Source of the DNA: Escherichia coli
GTDB taxonomy: Bacteria; Pseudomonadota; Gammaproteobacteria; Enterobacterales; Enterobacteriaceae
Assembly: GCF_011045215.1 (NCBI RefSeq)
Contig: NZ_CP049201.1
Direction: 5' to 3' (one strand)
DNA: 64,000 bases
A program made the position numbers and the translations under genes. Positions 57,478-64,000 of this stretch are shown here, piece by piece; position 1 is the first letter of the stretch, and the number at the start of each line of letters is the position of its first letter. The notes below the pieces were generated by a model. It was not told the origin of the DNA and searched no databases. It saw only the letters and a program-made list of their open reading frames with translations.

Positions 57478-58107
57478 ATGTCTGAATTATCTTCACGTCC
57501 GGCCCGTGAGCCGGTGGTATATACCCTTGAGCAGGTTGCCACAATACCGGAAAAGCAGTGGCATGCTTTTGTTCTGGCCGTAACTGAAACCTTCTGGCAG
57601 TTGCCGGAGGCGTTACGGCCGCAGAATGCGTATTTCGGCTCCCTGACCCGGGCATCTGAGTTGTTTCCGGTAACGGATACACTGGCGTTTTACAGCCGGT
57701 CTGCAGACGGGTTGTGGTCGGTGAATGTCACCATTGAACGGGAACATCGTCAGAACATTCTGGTGCTTAAGGAGCTGAATTTCGGACGCCAGCCGGGGGA
57801 TTTCTTTGCCCGTACGGTGTTTGTGCTGTTGCACAATCTGTGTCCGGATTGTTTCCACATTCATTCCACTGCCGGTGGTGCCAGCTGGTCACTGCCGCTG
57901 AAATGGATAAAACGGTTCCTGGGGCATGAGAATTTTTCTGCTCCGGAGTCTGTATTAACCACCCCGGTAAGGGGAGATGCGTTTGACTGTTTACTGCTGC
58001 AGTTTCTGTCCGGTCAGGGGCGACAGTTATCCCCGGATGACTGGTCAGCGCTGGAAGAGGCTGAACATCAGCTTTACTGGCTGCGGGCACTTGCCGGTGG
58101 ACACTGA
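57478..58107 (+). CDS. hypothetical protein (209 aa)
   Basis: AGGAA-type RBS; CPDC pair; no recognised domain. Confidence 0.4.
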   Translation: MSELSSRPAREPVVYTLEQVATIPEKQWHAFVLAVTETFWQLPEALRPQNAYFGSLTRASELFPVTDTLAFYSRSADGLWSVNVTIEREHRQNILVLKELNFGRQPGDFFARTVFVLLHNLCPDCFHIHSTAGGASWSLPLKWIKRFLGHENFSAPESVLTTPVRGDAFDCLLLQFLSGQGRQLSPDDWSALEEAEHQLYWLRALAGGH

Positions 58108-58229
58108 CAGAACACCGTTGTTTCTTTTCATTTACCCGGAATAACGCCATCGCGTATTCCGTCATTCATATAACCCGGCAGGGAGATATCCCTGTGGGGA
58201 GAGTCCCTGCGTTATTCAGGAGAATTGTT

Positions 58230-58613
58230 ATGGGACTCGATATTTACTTTATGGCTCGTGATAACCATCAGAATGGTGCCGTTGTGGAAACACAGGAACA
58301 TCAGGAAGTGGGGGCTTTCCGTAAGGTGATGCCGCTTCTGACATGGTTCCGTAACCATACTGGTGCTTCGGATGAGCAGCATACTTTCCCTGTAACACGC
58401 CGGTCACTGGCTGCATTATTGCGTGACCTCAGTATGCTGATGCCGGGAAACTGCCACAGCCTGTTTCCTTATGTCAGAAACTCGCGTTTACGGGGTGAAG
58501 ACTATGCTGATGATTACTGGTATGACGTGAATGACGTAAAAGCGTGGGTCAGCGATACGCTGAAGACGTTTGATTTTGAGCGTCGTTCACTGGTGATGCT
58601 GGCGTTGTGGTAA
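58230..58613 (+). CDS. hypothetical protein (127 aa)
   Basis: GGAGA RBS before the internal ATG. Confidence 0.4.
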   Translation: MGLDIYFMARDNHQNGAVVETQEHQEVGAFRKVMPLLTWFRNHTGASDEQHTFPVTRRSLAALLRDLSMLMPGNCHSLFPYVRNSRLRGEDYADDYWYDVNDVKAWVSDTLKTFDFERRSLVMLALW

Positions 58614-58742
58614 GTCTGAGACCGCATAATATGAACCGCTGGCGGAGGGGGTAACCTGACCGCCATTCATCCCGTGAGGGCATTGTTCCTCACGGGACAG
58701 TGCCCTCTTTTTACATCTGATACAAAAAGAGGAGCGTAAACC

Positions 58743-59690
58743 ATGTCTGAATGGTGCCAGAATCGTTTTGAAATTACCGGTAAGTCAGTCTGTCTGGATG
58801 TGCTGACGCAGTGGATTGAAGGATGTGAGATACCGCGTTACCGCCATGCCATACAGCAGAGTATACAGCTGTTTCTGGCCGGTTGTGCAGGGCTGGTGAA
58901 ACCCACCCGGACGACGCAGTATCCGCCATATCCGGCGCTGGTTCGTCACGGTACTGGGATGTCATCTCCGGCTAACCAGGCATTTGAACAGTGGCTGGGG
59001 CTGCTGGTAAAAGATGCCGTACTGGATGAAGAGACGATAAAGACCATTGACCGCCTTTATCACCAGACATGTATTGGCGCAGTCCGCTGGGGGAATCTGC
59101 CGGATAATGCCCGGGAGATAATCACCGCGTTAATGCGTTGTCAGTATTCTGACTGGTTTGGCCTGGTCGGACTGAGCGAACACATTGATGCCGGAGCCTG
59201 CTGGAGCCGGCTGTCGGATTACCCGGAGCAGGCGCAGCCCTGTGACATGCTGATGGTCATACCCTCCCGTCTGGCCACAGAGCTGAATGGTTCAGGTGGA
59301 CTGCTGCAGGGTATTTCCACCACGACCAGCCTTTACAGCCGGATATACGGTGTGGAGTGGCCATCAGGTCACAATGTCCGCTGGGTGCGTGATGAGATGA
59401 GCAGTCTGGTGCTTCTGACGGATACGCCCTGGTATCCGCCTTCAGGTGAGCTGGTTGGTGAAATCTCGAAGGTGTTCGACTGTGAGATACGGCACTGGTA
59501 CAGCGAACCTGTCCGGGGCATACAGGGTTACAACTGTTATGACGGTGGTGAACATACGGACAGTGACCCGCAGGCTGAATGGCCGGGGAGGGAAACACTT
59601 CCTCAGCCCCGGCTGTATCTGGTGGAGGAGCGCGCTGAAGAACAGACAGAAGCCGCACCTTTACCGGTTCCGCTGGCTTCAGGCCAGTAA
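58743..59690 (+). CDS. hypothetical protein (315 aa), Cys-rich N-terminal half, acidic C-terminus
   Basis: GAGGAG RBS. Confidence 0.45.
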   Translation: MSEWCQNRFEITGKSVCLDVLTQWIEGCEIPRYRHAIQQSIQLFLAGCAGLVKPTRTTQYPPYPALVRHGTGMSSPANQAFEQWLGLLVKDAVLDEETIKTIDRLYHQTCIGAVRWGNLPDNAREIITALMRCQYSDWFGLVGLSEHIDAGACWSRLSDYPEQAQPCDMLMVIPSRLATELNGSGGLLQGISTTTSLYSRIYGVEWPSGHNVRWVRDEMSSLVLLTDTPWYPPSGELVGEISKVFDCEIRHWYSEPVRGIQGYNCYDGGEHTDSDPQAEWPGRETLPQPRLYLVEERAEEQTEAAPLPVPLASGQ

Positions 59691-59811
59691 TTAACCTCAG
59701 GGTGTCACATTCGTGGCACCCGTTTTTTCCTGTCATCTTTCATTTCAGCCCGAAGGGGAACACCTGTTCCTCCCCGGGGCCATGTGTTCCCTGTTTTTTA
59801 CGGAGAAACAC

Positions 59812-60504
59812 ATGGCCACCTTTATCGACCATCAGAAGGCCTTCATTTCGCTGTTTAATCAGACCGCCCGTTATCACAAACGCCATAAGGTGTTTGAAGA
59901 CTTTGTCAGCTGCAGTGTGATTGCCCTGGAGAACCGGCTTCAGTTCAGTGAGGCACGGGAGCAGAAGTACCTGCGAATCGTCAGTGGTTATGAAAAGCAG
60001 GATGTTATCAACATGGCGCATTTGCTTGCTCATGTCATTGAGGGACTGGAGCAGGGATTCTGTGACTTTCTGGGCAGCGTGTTCATGCAACTGGAGCTGG
60101 GGGATAAATACCGGGGCCAGTTTTTCACGCCCTGGAGTGTGGCCAGAATGATGGCACAGATGCAGCTGGGGAATGTGACGACGCTGTTTGAGAACAAGCC
60201 CTTTATCACGCTCCGTGAACCGGCCTGTGGTGCCGGCAGTATGATACTGGCTATGGCTGACACCCTGAACCATTCGGGATATCCGGCATATCGCAGGATG
60301 TGGGTGTCGGCAACGGATATTGACCCGCTGGCAGCCGGCATGGCGTATATACAACTGTCGCTGTGTGGTGTGGCCGGTGAAGTGGTGATTGGCAACTCAT
60401 TGTGTAATGAGCGACGCCGGGTACTGCTGACGCCCGGGCATTACCTCGGGAACTGGTCATATCGTCTGCGTCATTCTCAGGAACAGGTCACAGCTGATGC
60501 CTGA
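59812..60504 (+). CDS. short methyltransferase-like protein: HsdM-type SAM-binding motif without the NPPF/Y catalytic motif
   Basis: REPACGAGSMILA (motif I-like) and ..ATDIDPLAAGMAYIQLSLCGVAGEVVIGNSL, but the ORF ends about 30 aa later and is followed by a clean terminator. Confidence 0.45.
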   Translation: MATFIDHQKAFISLFNQTARYHKRHKVFEDFVSCSVIALENRLQFSEAREQKYLRIVSGYEKQDVINMAHLLAHVIEGLEQGFCDFLGSVFMQLELGDKYRGQFFTPWSVARMMAQMQLGNVTTLFENKPFITLREPACGAGSMILAMADTLNHSGYPAYRRMWVSATDIDPLAAGMAYIQLSLCGVAGEVVIGNSLCNERRRVLLTPGHYLGNWSYRLRHSQEQVTADA

Positions 60505-60517
60505 TTTTTTATCACTA

Positions 60518-60549
60518 CGCCAGTCTTCGGGCTGGCGTTATTATATTTG
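60518..60549 (+). terminator. rho-independent terminator
   Basis: CGCCAGtcttcgggCTGGCG followed by TTATTATATTTG. Confidence 0.6.
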
Positions 60550-60863
60550 CGTTGCTTGTTATTGGGGGCGGTTTCTATGTACGTCAGGAGCATTTTTAAA
60601 CCGATGTGGATAAGTAACTGATTGATTCATCGTGATCAGCTATCGCTTCTAAGTTATTGCTTTTCTCTTATCGCATTTAGGTTATCTCATGTCCCTAAAG
60701 GTCTGCCAAACACCGTATAGCGTGGGAGTACACCCTACCGCGATAACGTAACCGTACAATATTGTACGTTTCCCAAACGCAGCTCTGTGGGGGAAATTTG
60801 GGTTAAGTATCGACCGGTGTATGATAGGGCAATATTTAACCAGAGAAATTAAAAGGATTTGTT

Positions 60864-63089
60864 ATGTCTAAGCCGGAAAACGGCCAACAGCTGCCCGCCA
60901 TCTGTTGGCCGGTGCCTAAAAATAACCGGGGCGGGGAGTTCAGTAATCTCGAGGAGATGTTGGCGCATCTGGAGGGCGAGGCCACCGGGCACTGGCTGAT
61001 TGGCCGTAATGGTATGTGGCACGGGGGAATTCATATCACGGATATCACGACTCCGTGGTGTGCGCTCAGCGGTCAGTCGATGAATGAGGCGGTGGATTTT
61101 CCTGTGCCGTTTAAGGGAGAGCAGCCCGTGCGCTGCATGGCGGATGGTGAGGTGGTGGCGTACCGGATAAACCGGGATTCTCTCAGCGTGCCGTGGTACT
61201 GGGGGGATTTACACTACTCCGGGTCTTTTGTACTCATTCGCCATCGTATTCAGCCAGGGGAAACGGCAGAGAGCGGGCTGACCTTTTACACCCTGTATAT
61301 GCACCTCGCGCCCTGGCTGGCTTACCCGGAGCAGGACAGTACGGCGTTTAAGGTCGCAGACAGACAGTATCTGAATGCGTATGCGGACGCGTCCCGGCAG
61401 TGGGTGGTGGCAGAGTTGCCACCCGGTACACGTGTGATATGGGACAAAGCGGTAAGTGCAGACACCATGACAGGGAGCAACGGTCGGCAGTATGCGCGCG
61501 TTACGCTGGCGGAGCCGGTGACGGGCAGGATGAACCTGAACGCCGGAGACCGGGTATGGACAGTATGCGATAAAGGGAATCTGGTTCCGGTTCGTGACAG
61601 TATCATCCGTCCGGCGTGGTGGTCGCCGTTCCTGCCGCCGTCACGCGAAACGGTACAGTTTGATACGGTGGTGTGTCCGACACCTTACCCGATTAAAGCC
61701 GGTGCCCCGGTGGGGCATCTGGGCTATTTTCAGGTACCCACGGATAACGGGCATGAAAAACGCTATCAGGTGCATATCGAATGCCTGACAACGGACGACC
61801 TGCCGCGCTTCCTGAGCAACCCGGAAGGTGTGGGGCGTGACACTCCCGCCTTTGCCCGTTGTCCGAAGGATATACCGGTGTATCTGAAATATACGGACGG
61901 AGAAATACACAAGAGCCTGGTAACCACGGAGAGCGAAACGGTGATGGCGCTGTCAGGTCAGGTGGTGACGGACAAAGAGGGTAAACGCTACTGGTCGGGG
62001 GGAGGGGTATCACGCGGACTGCTGGCGGAGTCAGATGTGCAGTTGTTATCCAGGTATGACCTGGCTGACCGGGGTTTTGAGGCCACGGAGGATAACCCGG
62101 TGAGCTTTGACCATCTCGACGGAAAGAGACAGCCGAAGGGGCTGGTGAGGACGATTTTTGAGCGTTTTTTCAACGTGGCGGATAATGACGGTAAGCTCTA
62201 CAGCAAAATAGTGGCATTCAACTACCGGCAGCTGCTGGACCAGATTGATGACGCCAAATCCCCCCGGTATAACCCGGAACTGTACCGGCGCGCGGTACAG
62301 AACCCGTCAATGCGTGAGCATCTGTATCGTTTGTGCGTGAAACATCCCAGCGAGTGGTATTACTCGTCGGAGTCTTCGGTATGGAAAGCATTTTTTACGC
62401 CCCAACTGAAAAGAGACGCCACGGAGTGGTACGCCTACAGTATGAAATTTTTGACGGATCTCCGCTGGATGTACCGTGTGGCCGGAATGGTGGAAAATCC
62501 GTGGCATATGCACCCACTGGTATTTCTTGATGCTATTAATGATATAGGTATGACTCTCGATGAAGCCAGAGTTCGGGCATTTATGAGAATGATTCGAGTT
62601 GGCGAAGGGACTGTTGGTGAGGTTGGGTATGAAACATTGTTTGGTAAGCAGTCATTCATAAAAGATTATCATAAAGATTTTAGTGATCACCCGAACATAA
62701 TAATTACTAGAGGTACATTAAAGTCTTCTGCGGCTGGAGCATATCAAGTAATGGGTTATACATGGAATGATCCTAACATGTTGTTTTATCGCAAAAAATA
62801 TGGGATCGTGGATTTTTCTCCGAAATCACAAGATGAGTTTTGTGTGCTAATCCTTAAATATAAAAGGAAAGGGGCTTTAAAACTTATCATTGATGGTGAC
62901 ATTGATGGGGCTTTAGATATTTTGAGTTACGAATGGGCAAGTCTTCCCCCTGCCAGATACCCTCAACCAACCAAGAGTAAGAGTGAGGTTATGTCCTTAT
63001 ACAATAAGTATTTATTAGAAGAGCTCTTAGGGGAGACAGATCTTCACCTGCCAATCGGCTACATAAAACAAGTTTATAATGGTGTGTAA
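60864..63089 (+). CDS. two-part protein (741 aa): GC-rich N-terminal region fused to an AT-rich C-terminal lambda-lysozyme-R-like lytic transglycosylase domain; candidate peptidoglycan-targeting toxin or bacteriocin
   Basis: The C-terminal ~170 aa align with recalled phage lambda R: GEGT (catalytic Glu), FSDHP, KSSAAGAYQ, DFSPKSQD, KGALKLIIDGDIDGALD, WASLP. Base composition changes sharply near 62550. The N-terminus has HxH-type motifs (WHGGIHIT; YMHL) of uncertain meaning. Confidence 0.6.
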   Translation: MSKPENGQQLPAICWPVPKNNRGGEFSNLEEMLAHLEGEATGHWLIGRNGMWHGGIHITDITTPWCALSGQSMNEAVDFPVPFKGEQPVRCMADGEVVAYRINRDSLSVPWYWGDLHYSGSFVLIRHRIQPGETAESGLTFYTLYMHLAPWLAYPEQDSTAFKVADRQYLNAYADASRQWVVAELPPGTRVIWDKAVSADTMTGSNGRQYARVTLAEPVTGRMNLNAGDRVWTVCDKGNLVPVRDSIIRPAWWSPFLPPSRETVQFDTVVCPTPYPIKAGAPVGHLGYFQVPTDNGHEKRYQVHIECLTTDDLPRFLSNPEGVGRDTPAFARCPKDIPVYLKYTDGEIHKSLVTTESETVMALSGQVVTDKEGKRYWSGGGVSRGLLAESDVQLLSRYDLADRGFEATEDNPVSFDHLDGKRQPKGLVRTIFERFFNVADNDGKLYSKIVAFNYRQLLDQIDDAKSPRYNPELYRRAVQNPSMREHLYRLCVKHPSEWYYSSESSVWKAFFTPQLKRDATEWYAYSMKFLTDLRWMYRVAGMVENPWHMHPLVFLDAINDIGMTLDEARVRAFMRMIRVGEGTVGEVGYETLFGKQSFIKDYHKDFSDHPNIIITRGTLKSSAAGAYQVMGYTWNDPNMLFYRKKYGIVDFSPKSQDEFCVLILKYKRKGALKLIIDGDIDGALDILSYEWASLPPARYPQPTKSKSEVMSLYNKYLLEELLGETDLHLPIGYIKQVYNGV

Positions 63090-63527
63090 ATGAAAAATAT
63101 ATTCCTTATATTGATATTTGTATCATCATTTACTTATGCTGGTTCTGATTTTGGAACTTGGGGAACATCATGTGATGATAATGGGTTCATTCTTTCATTA
63201 AAAGAAGATTCATCTCCATTTGTTGTTAGTGATAATCAGATAGTTGTATCCATACATTCAAGAAGGATTAACCATAAAGTTATTGATGTTTTTTTTGATG
63301 ATACATTAGATCTTGGGATAGGAGGCATGGGGTTTAACTGGGGGGATGTTGATAAAACCAAAAAAATAGCCGAGTTAACATATTCTGAAAATAATAAATG
63401 GCTGATGAAATGGTTTGGTTTTTGGGATGCAAAAAAAAAGACACGTTTTTGGGTGAAAGAGCCTGATTTTATCCAAACATACGCAAAAAATAACGTCATA
63501 ACATTGATTAAATGCGAAGAACAGTGA
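63090..63527 (+). CDS. AT-rich secreted small protein (145 aa); candidate cognate immunity protein
   Basis: ATG overlaps the upstream stop (TAAATG); signal peptide MKNIFLILIFVSSFTYAG; same low-GC composition as the lysozyme-like domain. Confidence 0.5.
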   Translation: MKNIFLILIFVSSFTYAGSDFGTWGTSCDDNGFILSLKEDSSPFVVSDNQIVVSIHSRRINHKVIDVFFDDTLDLGIGGMGFNWGDVDKTKKIAELTYSENNKWLMKWFGFWDAKKKTRFWVKEPDFIQTYAKNNVITLIKCEEQ

Positions 63528-64000
63528 TGGTTTGACTGCAATGGCTAAATTGAGGCAGCAATAATTTCAGGAAAACAAAAATGATCTTCTTGAGATCCTT
63601 TTTTCTGAGAGTAGTTTCTTGTCCTGTAAATGAAAAAACGCCGGAAGGCGGGTTGGTTCGGGTTCGTTGATCTACCAAATCTTTGAAGCTGGGCGGTAAC
63701 AGGACTCTATGTGGGAGACAGTTACCAATACATTATAGTACTTCCCAGTAATCTGCTGATCAGACCGGGCCAGCCAGAGATGCAGGTCGGTGATGATCAA
63801 CCGTCGTATACGAATCTGTATGGTGTTGAGCTGCTGTCCCGATTTAGTATCAGACTGGATGTAGTGAATCTGTTTTTCCGGACGAGCATTTCATGGTGAA
63901 TTGTCGTGGTGTTATATTAAAGTGTTGTCTGAAAAGATAGACAAAGTAGGATGTACTGGAATAGCCACATTTTTCAGCAACGTGTTTCACTGAGTATTTC

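Noticed and set aside
63236-63541. 101-aa minus-strand ORF
   Set aside because: Antisense to the signal-peptide-bearing gene 63090..63527, which is translationally coupled to the upstream gene.

Overview
Enterobacterial (E. coli-like) chromosome window. Positions 1-5675 hold the acid-stress cadCBA operon on the minus strand, followed by the native region downstream of tRNA-Phe (pheU). At 6292-6340 there is only the 3' 49 nt of tRNA-Phe; from there to the window end (>57 kb) the DNA is a large integrated element with the gene content and order of a PAPI-1/pKLC102/SPI-7-type integrative conjugative element (ICE). Order seen: ParA, triplicated promoter modules, DnaB-like helicase, ParB-like protein, replication-associated proteins, a 36-bp iteron array, MipA, topoisomerase III, SSB, Rpn nuclease, then a long plus-strand conjugation cluster (PilL, transglycosylase, TraD coupling protein, VirB4/TraC-like ATPase, TraU-like, TraG-like), then cargo. 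The integrase, relaxase and intact pheU are not in the window. The most notable items are: (1) a terminal gene whose AT-rich C-terminal domain resembles phage lambda lysozyme R, followed by an AT-rich secreted protein, i.e. a candidate toxin/immunity pair; (2) a family of structured repeats present at three loci with compensatory base changes in their stems; (3) a tyrosine recombinase preceded by a perfect 21-7-21 palindrome in an inverted-repeat-rich 750-bp leader; (4) an AT-rich cargo operon encoding a lipoprotein and a membrane-anchored DUF2726-like nuclease-fold protein; (5) an IS21-family insertion splitting an ICE gene. All product names rest on motif recognition and recalled sequences, not database searches.
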